NCBI GenBank assembly: GCA_964247135.1
Contig: CAXTTL010000087.1
Coordinates: forward strand, 1-17,650
DNA from: an uncultured Deinococcales bacterium
GTDB lineage: Bacteria; Deinococcota; Deinococci; Deinococcales; JAAFIG01
DNA length: 17,650 bases
Reading direction: 5' to 3'
This document shows, in pieces, positions 7,542 to 15,788 of the stretch. The notes below the pieces were generated by a model, which worked only from the letters and a program-made list of their open reading frames with translations, did no database searches and had not been told where the DNA came from. Each line of letters begins with the position of its first letter. Within the stretch, counting starts at the first letter, position 1. Made by a program: the position numbers and the translations under genes.

Positions 7542-8762
7542 ATGACCGATAAAAATAACCTCGGTGGCGCCACTCGAATCATGATGCTCCCTGCCTTGTT
7601 GCTGGGCGTCGCCATCATGACATCGTGCAGTCAAAATATTTCCAAAGACCCAACAATCACAGACGCTCGAGCCGCAAAACCGCAAGTGCTGGTCAAATAC
7701 CAAATTGCCGAAAACAGCACCAGCGCCCGTGCAACAGGACGCAGCGCCTGGGCGACGGGGCGCAGTGCCTGGGCAACGGGGCGCAGCGCCTGGGCGACGG
7801 GCGATCCTGCAACGCTTGTCAATAACCTGGCGATTTGGACACAAATTCATTTGCAACAAGCCCAAACGCTCGCCCCGAACTGGGGTGCAGGCGTCAAGGT
7901 GGCTGTGATTGACACGGGCATTGACCTGAATCACCCAGCTTTTATGGGTCATCTGGCACCGAGCACCGATTGGAAAGACTTCATCGACGCTGATACCATC
8001 CCGCAAGAAGTCGCCGGTGGCGAGGCTTATGGACACGGCACAAGCGTTGCCAGCATCGTTTTGCAGGTGGCTCCAAAAGCACTCATCATGCCAATTCGGG
8101 TGCTTGACTCGAGCGGTACGGGCGACACCAATAAGATTGCCAGTGCGATTGACTGGGCAGCCCAGCACGGCGCGAAAGTGATTAATCTTTCGCTCGGCAC
8201 GGATGCCGCCAATTTTGATTGCGCGGTCCAAAAATCAGTGGCTTTGGCTATTCAAAATTACGGGACATTGATGGTTTTTGCGGCTGGAAACACGGGCGAC
8301 ACCAACATCAATTACCCTGCGATTACCGTCAAGTCCAATCCCAACAGCAACCCTGCCGTTAAAGCATGTCGCGCCGCGCCGTACAACTTGGTTCCTTCAC
8401 TCAATGCCAATGTCAATGTCGCCAGTATTTCGGTGGGCAGCGTCAACAGCCTCGATCAAAAATCGAATTTCTCGAGTTACGGTGAAAAACTCGAGATGGT
8501 TTCTCCAGGCGAAGACATTTACGGTCCTTATCCCGAAAATTCGGCGGCATCTTGGAGCGGAACCAGCATGTCAGCGCCACTCGTGACTGGGGCTTTGACC
8601 CTTGCCTTGGGTGAAAAACTAGGCTCTGGCATCAAAGTACAAGACTTACCCGATATTTTGATTGGCAAAACCGACAATGTTGATAGCCTAAACCCGAGCT
8701 TTGCCGGACAAATTGGCAAAGGGCGTTTGAACATCGAGAACTTTTTGAAATCCGTGTTTTAA
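7542..8762 (+). CDS. S8 family (subtilisin-like) serine peptidase, predicted lipoprotein, with a heptapeptide-repeat pro-region
   Basis: Catalytic motifs VAVIDTG, YGHGT, AAGN and SGTSMSAP; lipobox-like MTSC at residues 26-29. Confidence 0.93.
   Translation: MTDKNNLGGATRIMMLPALLLGVAIMTSCSQNISKDPTITDARAAKPQVLVKYQIAENSTSARATGRSAWATGRSAWATGRSAWATGDPATLVNNLAIWTQIHLQQAQTLAPNWGAGVKVAVIDTGIDLNHPAFMGHLAPSTDWKDFIDADTIPQEVAGGEAYGHGTSVASIVLQVAPKALIMPIRVLDSSGTGDTNKIASAIDWAAQHGAKVINLSLGTDAANFDCAVQKSVALAIQNYGTLMVFAAGNTGDTNINYPAITVKSNPNSNPAVKACRAAPYNLVPSLNANVNVASISVGSVNSLDQKSNFSSYGEKLEMVSPGEDIYGPYPENSAASWSGTSMSAPLVTGALTLALGEKLGSGIKVQDLPDILIGKTDNVDSLNPSFAGQIGKGRLNIENFLKSVF
7731..7802 (+). repeat. In-frame 21-bp tandem repeat x3.4 encoding (ATGRSAW)3-ATG
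   Basis: GCA ACA GGA CGC AGC GCC TGG / GCG ACG GGG CGC AGT GCC TGG / GCA ACG GGG CGC AGC GCC TGG / GCG ACG GGC. All differences are synonymous third-position changes. Confidence 0.95.
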
Positions 8763-8774
8763 ATTCAGTCTTTC

Positions 8775-8827
8775 AATTGACACCGGTCCCGAGAACGCAA
8801 GGCGTTTTCAGGATCGGTTTGTCAATT
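8775..8827 (+). terminator. Long hairpin after the S8 gene (terminator or RNA stabiliser)
   Basis: AATTGACACCGGTCCCGAGAACGC-AAG-GCGTTTTCAGGATCGGTTTGTCAATT pairs over about 23 bp with G-U pairs on the plus strand. No clean U-tract. Confidence 0.55.
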
Positions 8828-8900
8828 CGGAACATCTTCAAGGTTTTATTCTCAGTATGATAAAAGCCGCAGCGACCAGATTGGAGCTGTCAGCATTTTT

Positions 8901-11420
8901 ATGACCGAACCATCGACTCCACTCGAGACATCCCTCGGCGCCATTGCGCGTCTTGAGGGTCATGCCAAATTGAGTGCCTTAATCCAACTGGCAAAGGCGT
9001 TTCTCGAGGTTGGTTTGGAGCGCAATCCCAAGCTGGCATTGGAACTTGCCTTGGAAGCCAAAGATTTAGCCACCCAGTCAAGCAACATGGCTGCCTTGGC
9101 GCAAAGTCAAGCCATTCTGGGAACCTGTTATGTTGAGAGTGCAAGTTATGACGCAGCCCTTGAAGCGTTCAAGTCAGCCTTCAAACAATATGAACAACTT
9201 GAAGATCAGCGCGGCGCCACCAAAATGTTGCTCGAGCAAGGTCGAGTCTACAGAACGCTTGAACAGCACCAGAATGCTCGTGAGCAATTCGCCACCTCAC
9301 TGGAACTCAGTCGCCTTGCCAATGCCAAAGACCTTGAAGCAGATAACCTCAACGATTTGGCATCCATTTATGACTTGGAAGGCAACAACGTTCAAGCGAC
9401 CGATTTTATCAACCGTGCCCTCGAGATTCACAGCAGCTTAAAAGACGTGCGTGGACAGGTGAAATGCCTGATTAACCTTTCACTCTCACAACTTAAAATG
9501 ACCAACTATGACAAGGCGCTTGAACATGAATTACAAGCCTACAAACTCTTCCAAGAGCATCAGCTTAAAGACCCAGACCTTGAAGCGCGCTGCTTGATTG
9601 GTCTGGGCAATGTTTACGAAGAAATAGGCAACAACAAAACCGCCCTCGAGTTTTTCTCTGAAGCGGCGCAACTTGCGCAAAAGCATCAACTCAAAAACAC
9701 CCAAGTGTTGGCGACAGTCAACGCCGGCGAGGTGCAAAACAATTTAAAACACTACGATGCTGCAATTGAGGCTTTTAACCAGGCGCTCCGGATCGCCCGT
9801 GAGATCAGAATGCCTTCGGGTGCGCTTTACGCCTACCAGGGTTTGGGTAAAACCTTTAACAGTTTGGGCAAATACCTCGAGTCGCTCGAGGCGTATTTGC
9901 AATCCTTGGCGCTGGCTAAAAACATTGTTGACCGCGAAAGTGAAATCATTGCCCTGATCGGTTTGGGCGTCAACCAGCGCAGCCTTGGACGGTTCGAGAC
10001 CGCCACCGATTACTTTCAAGAAGCCCAAACTTTGGCACGCGCCACCAACCAGAAAAAATATGTTCAAGACAGCATTCAGGAGCTGGCTCAAACCTTTGAA
10101 ATGTCGGGCGATACAGGGAAAGCCTTGGCGTTTTACAAGGAATACCACCGTTTGGAAAAAGAAATTTTTAACTTGGAGTCCGAAAAGAAATCTCGAGATT
10201 TGGCGGTGCAATTTGACCTCGAGCGCAGCCAAACCCAAGCCGAGTTGTACCGTGTGCGCAGCGAGGCTTACAAGCAAAATGCCTTGGCGGCAGATCAAGC
10301 CAACCGTGCCAAATCCGAGTTTTTGTCGCGCATGAGTCACGAACTTCGCACGCCCTTGAATGCCATTTTGGGGTTCGCGCAACTCTTGGGCATCTCGAAC
10401 CTAAACCCCAATGACCGTGAGAGTGTCGAGCAAATCAGCCGAGCCGGCAGGCACTTGCTTGGACTGATCAACGAAGTGCTTGACATTGCCCGCATCGAAT
10501 CTGGACGAATTGACCTGTCCTTGGAAGCCATCAATCCGATGGAAATTGTGATTGAGAGCCTGGATTTGATCCGTCCGCTGGCGGTTCAATCGGGTATCGA
10601 ACTTTTAATCAACGAAGACCTGAGCAACCACCGATTGCGAATCACCGCCGACCGTCAACGTTTAAAACAAATCTTGATCAACCTGCTCTCGAACGCCGTG
10701 AAATACAACAAAAAAGCGGGTTCGGTCAGGGTCTGGCTCGAGTTAACGAGTGCCGAAAGATTGCGAATCAACATCACAGACACCGGCGTTGGCATCTCGG
10801 GCACCAAACTCGAGCAGTTGTTCACTCCTTTTGAGCGCCTCGGGGCGGAACAGAGCCGGATTGAGGGCAGCGGTATTGGTCTGGCGCTCTCCAAACGCCT
10901 GAGCGAGGCGATGTCTGGGCGAATTGGCGTCAGCAGCCGACCAAATGAGGGCAGCACTTTTTACATTGAACTGCCAGTCGCCTCAGAAATTTTGTCAACC
11001 GCCAACCCCCAACGCTCGGGCGAACCCGAGCTTGAAGCGCAGCCCATCAAACCCATTACGGTGGTTTACATCGAAGACAACCCTGCCAACATTCGACTGG
11101 TGCAATTGATTCTGGCAAACCGCCCACACGCGACCTTGTTGACCGCCACGGACGGTTTGAGCGGACTCGAGCTGGTTCGTGCGCAACAACCCAATGTGGT
11201 CCTGCTCGACTTGCACTTGCCCGATATTGAAGGCGGCGAGGTGCTAAACCGTTTGCAAGCCAACTCGAGCACCAAGCATATTCCGGTGGTGATTTTAAGC
11301 GCCGATGCCAACCCAGAACAAACCGCCAAGTTACTCGAGGCGGGCGCGAAGCAGTATTTGACCAAACCTTTTGATGTGCGTACATTCTTAAAAGTGCTCG
11401 ATGAAGTGCAGGGCACTTGA
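8901..11420 (+). CDS. Soluble hybrid sensor histidine kinase: TPR array - HisKA - HATPase_c - REC
   Basis: About 430 aa of TPR-like helical repeats (e.g. LGNVYEEIGNNKTALEFFSEA); H-box SEFLSRMSHELRTPLN; N-box NLLSNAVKYN; G1 DTGVGI; G2 GSGIGL; REC YIEDN...LLDLHLP...ILSA...LTKP. No obvious transmembrane segment. Confidence 0.95.
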   Translation: MTEPSTPLETSLGAIARLEGHAKLSALIQLAKAFLEVGLERNPKLALELALEAKDLATQSSNMAALAQSQAILGTCYVESASYDAALEAFKSAFKQYEQLEDQRGATKMLLEQGRVYRTLEQHQNAREQFATSLELSRLANAKDLEADNLNDLASIYDLEGNNVQATDFINRALEIHSSLKDVRGQVKCLINLSLSQLKMTNYDKALEHELQAYKLFQEHQLKDPDLEARCLIGLGNVYEEIGNNKTALEFFSEAAQLAQKHQLKNTQVLATVNAGEVQNNLKHYDAAIEAFNQALRIAREIRMPSGALYAYQGLGKTFNSLGKYLESLEAYLQSLALAKNIVDRESEIIALIGLGVNQRSLGRFETATDYFQEAQTLARATNQKKYVQDSIQELAQTFEMSGDTGKALAFYKEYHRLEKEIFNLESEKKSRDLAVQFDLERSQTQAELYRVRSEAYKQNALAADQANRAKSEFLSRMSHELRTPLNAILGFAQLLGISNLNPNDRESVEQISRAGRHLLGLINEVLDIARIESGRIDLSLEAINPMEIVIESLDLIRPLAVQSGIELLINEDLSNHRLRITADRQRLKQILINLLSNAVKYNKKAGSVRVWLELTSAERLRINITDTGVGISGTKLEQLFTPFERLGAEQSRIEGSGIGLALSKRLSEAMSGRIGVSSRPNEGSTFYIELPVASEILSTANPQRSGEPELEAQPIKPITVVYIEDNPANIRLVQLILANRPHATLLTATDGLSGLELVRAQQPNVVLLDLHLPDIEGGEVLNRLQANSSTKHIPVVILSADANPEQTAKLLEAGAKQYLTKPFDVRTFLKVLDEVQGT

Positions 11421-11479
11421 GCAGCCTTGAAGTGCAGGACACTCGAGCAGCCTTGAAGTGCAGGACACTCGAGCAGCCT
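11402..11479 (+). repeat. 26-bp tandem repeat x3 duplicating the 3' end of the kinase gene
   Basis: TGAAGTGCAGGGCACTTGAGCAGCCT (11402-11427, contains the stop), then TGAAGTGCAGGACACTCGAGCAGCCT twice (11428-11453, 11454-11479). Confidence 0.95.
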
Positions 11480-11530
11480 CGAGTCATGAAACTGTAAGAA
11501 TCACGGCGTTAAAGTAAGTACAAATTCGGT

Positions 11531-11569
11531 CAGTGAAGGTCAGGGACAGTAAAGGTCAGGGACAATGAA
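11531..11569 (+). repeat. 16-bp tandem duplication of the RBS region of the HD-GYP gene
   Basis: CAGTGAAGGTCAGGGA / CAGTAAAGGTCAGGGA / CAATGAA; the last partial unit contains the start ATG. Confidence 0.8.
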
Positions 11570-12665
11570 ACTCGAATCGCAACAAGCCAAAATTCTGATC
11601 GTCGATGACCAAGAAGCCAACATCTTGTTGCTCAGACGCTTGTTGCAAGAATTGGGTGGCTACGACCAAATCGCCAGCACCACCAACCCTCGAGAAACCT
11701 TTAACCTGCTGACCGACTTCGAACCCGACATTATTTTACTTGACCTCGCCATGCCCGAACTTGACGGTTTTGGCGTGATGGAACAACTCGGCATGATTCT
11801 GCCCAAAGACAGTTTTTTACCAATCATTGTCCTGACCGCCGACATTTCCGCCCTGACCAAACAACGCGCCCTGCAAGCTGGCGCCAGGGATTTCCTGACC
11901 AAACCGTTTGACAGCACCGAAGCCCTCTTGCGCATCCGCAACCTGCTCGAGACACGTTCGTTGCACCTTAAACTCGAGGCGCGGGTTCTGGAGCGCACCC
12001 ACGCCCTGCAAGAAGCCCACACCGAACTTTTTAACCGCGCCCTCGATCTCCAAGCCGCTCAAATCGAGGTGCTCGAGCGCCTCGGAGCCTGCGCCGAATT
12101 CCGCGACGATGCCACAGGACAACACACGCAGCGTGTGGGACACCTGGCAACCCAGGTGGCTCGGGTATTGGGCTTGCCAAATACCCAAATCGAATTGATT
12201 TCCAAAGCGGCACCTTTGCACGACGTTGGAAAAATCGGAATTTCGGATGCGATCTTGCTCAAACCGACGCGTCTAGACCCAATCGAACGCGCCCAGGTTG
12301 AACGCCACACGACCATCGGTGCCCATATTTTAAGACATGGACATTCGGAATTGATTCGCATGGCAGAAGAAATTGCCTTAACCCACCACGAACGATTTGA
12401 CGGTACGGGCTATCCCAACGGCTTGGCGGGCGAAGCGATTCCAATTTCTGGACGCATTGTTGCGATTGTGGACGTTTACGATGCCCTGACCCACGAACGC
12501 CCGTACAAACACGCCTGGAGTCACGAAGACGCCATGATTGAGATTAAAAATCAATCTGGCAAGAGTTTTGATCCAGCAGTGGTGGCGGCTTTTGTAGCCT
12601 TGATCGAGCAAAATGTAATTCTGCCCAATCAGGTACAACTCGAGTACGAACCCGAAAGTCGTTAA
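11565..12665 (+). CDS. Response regulator with HD-GYP cyclic-dinucleotide phosphodiesterase domain (RpfG-like)
   Basis: REC domain (ILIVDD, LLDLAMP, VLTA, LTKP); HD-GYP motifs HTQRV, LHDVGKIG, THHERFDGTGYP, DVYDAL, RPYK. Confidence 0.95.
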   Translation: MKLESQQAKILIVDDQEANILLLRRLLQELGGYDQIASTTNPRETFNLLTDFEPDIILLDLAMPELDGFGVMEQLGMILPKDSFLPIIVLTADISALTKQRALQAGARDFLTKPFDSTEALLRIRNLLETRSLHLKLEARVLERTHALQEAHTELFNRALDLQAAQIEVLERLGACAEFRDDATGQHTQRVGHLATQVARVLGLPNTQIELISKAAPLHDVGKIGISDAILLKPTRLDPIERAQVERHTTIGAHILRHGHSELIRMAEEIALTHHERFDGTGYPNGLAGEAIPISGRIVAIVDVYDALTHERPYKHAWSHEDAMIEIKNQSGKSFDPAVVAAFVALIEQNVILPNQVQLEYEPESR

Positions 12666-12750
12666 CCGCGTGATAAGCCAGCGCATCAGGCTTGAGGCTC
12701 GGGTATCGCAACCAACCGCCAGAAACCCTGACTGGGCGTTAAATTGATTC

Positions 12751-13200
12751 ATGGCGAACATCAAAACCGTTTTGGTCGATGCGTTAAACCCCGTCGGTGC
12801 GAACAGCTCGAGTTTTGTCGCGCAAAACCCGCGAGGCGACAGGGTCACGATCACCGCGCATAAAATCTTGCCGATCAATTCTGACCCGCCAAGCGCCGGC
12901 TTGGGTCCGATGGAGGCATTGCTGGCGGCGTTGGGCAGTTGTACGGCGGTGGACGTGCAAGACATCATGGCAAAACGTCGCACGCCCTTGACGCGTTACA
13001 AACTCGAGATTGAGGGCACCCGAGCCGAGGGAACGCCAGGGCGTTACACCCGCCTTCTGGTGCGGCACATCGGCAGCGGCGAGGGTGTGAGCGCAGAGCA
13101 ACTCGAGAAAGCCGCGCACCTTTCGCACGAGAAATACTGTTCGGTCGCTGCCAGTCTGCGCGAAGATATTGTTTGGATCATTGAAGCTCGAGTCGAGTGA
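12751..13200 (+). CDS. OsmC family protein (YhfA-like)
   Basis: GPMEALLAALGSCTAVDV and EKYCSV, with both conserved cysteines. Confidence 0.9.
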   Translation: MANIKTVLVDALNPVGANSSSFVAQNPRGDRVTITAHKILPINSDPPSAGLGPMEALLAALGSCTAVDVQDIMAKRRTPLTRYKLEIEGTRAEGTPGRYTRLLVRHIGSGEGVSAEQLEKAAHLSHEKYCSVAASLREDIVWIIEARVE

Positions 13201-13203
13201 TCT

Positions 13204-13704
13204 ATGGGACTTGAGGGCGTTGAAATGATTGTGAGGGTCGAAAATGCTTTTCAGATCAGCATTCCAGATATTGTGGCTGCCCGCATCCAGACCCCTCGAG
13301 ATTTGATTGATTACGTCTCGAGCAAGGTCTTGGTTGAAAGCTCAAAGCGCTGCGAAACGCAACGAATCTTTTATGCCATTCGCAAATTTGCTTCGGCTCG
13401 AGGTTCAATCCAGCCGAGCACCACACTGGCTGAATTGTTCAGACTTCAATCTTGGACTGTCATTCGAGAACAGCTTGAAATCAAGGATTTCGAGCATTTA
13501 CCAGGCAATATCTTTGGATTTAAATTGCGCACGGTACGCGAGCTGGTGTTCTGGATTGCAGAAGAGAACCAAGCCAGCAACAAACCGACCATTTGGACTC
13601 GAGAATCAATCGCATTGACGATACGGCGTGTGATTTCCGATGTCATCGGACTTCGTGGGTTTTCACAAAACGCTCAGTTGGTGCGGGACTTGGGTTTTAA
13701 TTAA
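13204..13704 (+). CDS. Acyl-carrier-protein-like hypothetical protein (permuted, lacks the phosphopantetheine Ser)
   Basis: N-terminus MGLEGVEMIVRVENAFQISIPDIVAARIQTPRDLIDYV resembles ACP helices II-IV. C-terminus IRRVISDVIG...NAQLVRDLG resembles ACP helix I and its loop. Starts 3 nt after the osmC stop. Confidence 0.7.
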   Translation: MGLEGVEMIVRVENAFQISIPDIVAARIQTPRDLIDYVSSKVLVESSKRCETQRIFYAIRKFASARGSIQPSTTLAELFRLQSWTVIREQLEIKDFEHLPGNIFGFKLRTVRELVFWIAEENQASNKPTIWTRESIALTIRRVISDVIGLRGFSQNAQLVRDLGFN

Positions 13705-13812
13705 AACTCGAGTTTTCAAATTCGCACAAACTTCGATTTTGGTTGGAACTTTCTTGATCTGCCCCTCGTAAGGTGAATCAGGAATCACTTTACAGATCGC
13801 CAGGAGACCATC

Positions 13813-15705
13813 ATGTTCAGAAATCGTTTTGTCACTCGAGCGCTCGTTCCATTCGCCTTGCTCGCCTTCATCGGCGTGACCCAAGCCCAGAGCCTCAACA
13901 CGCTCGAGATTGACCGTTTTGTGGCGGACGCCATGAAACGCCATAATGTGCCTGGCGTGGGTTTGGCTGTCGTGATGGACGGCAAGATTGTTTACACCAA
14001 AGGTTACGGCGTGCGTGACACCAAAACGAATGCTGCCGTGAATGCCGATACGCTTTTTGCGATTGGTTCGGTCAGCAAATCGTTTACCTCGCTGGGCGCG
14101 ATGCAGCTTGTGGGTGCAGGCAAGCTCAGTTTGAGCACCAAAGTGAACGCGATATTGCCAAACCTAAAATTTTCCGACCCAGGCAAAGGTGCAACAGTCA
14201 CACTGCAAAACGTGCTCTCGCACACCAGCGGCATGAATCGGGCGGATGACTTGTGGTATTTCGATAAAACCATCAAAACCCGTGAGGACATGCTTGGCAC
14301 GGTGGCAAAAATCCCGTTTAACCAACCCGTCGGCAAGACCTGGCAGTACTGCAATCAAAATTTTGTGATCGCGGGCGCGATGCTCGAGAAAATCACCGGC
14401 AACACTTGGGAGAATTACACCAAGCAAAATATTTTCGCGCCGCTCGGCATGAAACGGAGCGTATTTGAAAACGCAGATGCGATAAAAGATGGCAATTACG
14501 CCCAAGGGTTTCAGTTGGGCTTGAATGGTGCTGATCCAATGCCCGCTTTTGACCGCATGGTGATCGCCGGTCCAGCCGGTTCGATCATCTCGAGCGCGTC
14601 GGATATGGCACAGTACGCCGCGTTTCAACTCTCAAACGGCACATGGAACGGCAAGCAAATTGTCTCAAAAAATGCGCTCGAAACCATGCACAGCCGCCAA
14701 ATCGAGATTTCAGATGTTCCATCACACATCCCAGGTTTGGCATTCCCAAGTTACGGCTTGGCGTGGTTGAACGAAGAATACCGTGGTGTCAAGATCGTCG
14801 AACACGGCGGCAACATCGATGGTTTCTCGGCAGAGGTGCAACTTGTACCATCCAAAGGTTTGGGCATCGTGATCCTCAGCAACCTGAACGGTGCGAATGA
14901 GTTTACGACCGAGCTTCGTTTGGGCATCACCGAACGTGCGCTGGGCATGACCCCGCTCAGTCAATTTCAACCAAGTGCGCTCAGCGCTCAACTCGAGGCG
15001 GCAAAAACCTTCAAACCAGACCTTGGGGTTTTAAAGTCGCTCGAGGGAAAATACGCGCTTATCACAGGTGACAGCGCAGTGCTCAGCGTAAAAGATGGTC
15101 AGTTGAGCATTACCCAAGGTGGTCAAACCTTTCCAATGATCGCCGCCAGCAAAACAGAATTTATCGTCAATGTCTTGGGTTCGCTGATCTCACTCGAGTT
15201 TCAAATCGACCCCAGCGGTTTGGTTTGGGTCTACCAGGATGGTCAGGTGGTGGGCGTTCGCGTACCTACCTCGAGCACCACACCTGCCAGCAGCGAATTT
15301 AAAAATGCTGGAAATCAGTACAGTTTCACGCTCCCAGCGAATTTAAGCTTGGCGCAGCAAACCCCGAATTTCAGCGTGTTTCAATCGGCAAATCCTGCCG
15401 CCACCGTGATTGTGGCAACCACCAAAACGCAAGCCGACCTCGAGCAAAGCGTCAAGGTGGTGGTGGATCAGTTTGACCCCAGTTTCAAGCAAAAACCAGA
15501 CAACGTTCGGGAATTACCAGCCATCAACGGTGTGGTTTGGACGCAGTATTTATATCAATTGCCTAACGATCAAATTTTGGTGGCGCTGGCAGCCGTCAAG
15601 GGCGACACGGCTTTTGTCGTGATCGTGCAACTGAAAACCGCCGATGTGGGCGCGTTCACGCCGAGCATCAATGGGTTGCTCTCGAGTTTTAAGATTCTGA
15701 TTTAA
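13813..15705 (+). CDS. Secreted serine hydrolase, beta-lactamase/AmpC-like family, with C-terminal extension domains
   Basis: Signal peptide (AQA); FAIGSVSK (SxxK), LSHTSG, WQYCN (YxN), HGG; AGGAG RBS; about 250 extra C-terminal residues. Confidence 0.9.
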   Translation: MFRNRFVTRALVPFALLAFIGVTQAQSLNTLEIDRFVADAMKRHNVPGVGLAVVMDGKIVYTKGYGVRDTKTNAAVNADTLFAIGSVSKSFTSLGAMQLVGAGKLSLSTKVNAILPNLKFSDPGKGATVTLQNVLSHTSGMNRADDLWYFDKTIKTREDMLGTVAKIPFNQPVGKTWQYCNQNFVIAGAMLEKITGNTWENYTKQNIFAPLGMKRSVFENADAIKDGNYAQGFQLGLNGADPMPAFDRMVIAGPAGSIISSASDMAQYAAFQLSNGTWNGKQIVSKNALETMHSRQIEISDVPSHIPGLAFPSYGLAWLNEEYRGVKIVEHGGNIDGFSAEVQLVPSKGLGIVILSNLNGANEFTTELRLGITERALGMTPLSQFQPSALSAQLEAAKTFKPDLGVLKSLEGKYALITGDSAVLSVKDGQLSITQGGQTFPMIAASKTEFIVNVLGSLISLEFQIDPSGLVWVYQDGQVVGVRVPTSSTTPASSEFKNAGNQYSFTLPANLSLAQQTPNFSVFQSANPAATVIVATTKTQADLEQSVKVVVDQFDPSFKQKPDNVRELPAINGVVWTQYLYQLPNDQILVALAAVKGDTAFVVIVQLKTADVGAFTPSINGLLSSFKILI

Positions 15706-15756
15706 ACCGTCCACAATAGAATTTTCTCGAGTCTCGAGGTCATCCGAATCCCAGTT

Positions 15757-15788
15757 TCACCCACCCAAAATCCGAGTGGGTGATTTTT
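15757..15788 (+). terminator. Rho-independent terminator between convergent genes
   Basis: TCACCCAC-N11-GTGGGTGA followed by TTTTT. Confidence 0.6.

Noticed and set aside
7500-8231. Minus-strand 243-aa ORF and other alternative frames with their own repeats (PRRPGAA, AQALRPV)
   Set aside because: They are by-products of the 21-bp repeat. Variation is confined to third codon positions of the S8 frame, marking that as the selected frame.
11402-11479. 26-bp repeats as a mini CRISPR array
   Set aside because: The units are directly adjacent with no spacers, the first overlaps a coding 3' end, and no cas genes are present.
13813-15705. Antibiotic-resistance beta-lactamase
   Set aside because: It has HGG rather than KTG in the third motif, plus long C-terminal extensions. 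This fits the broad peptidase/esterase members of the family, and there is no mobile context.
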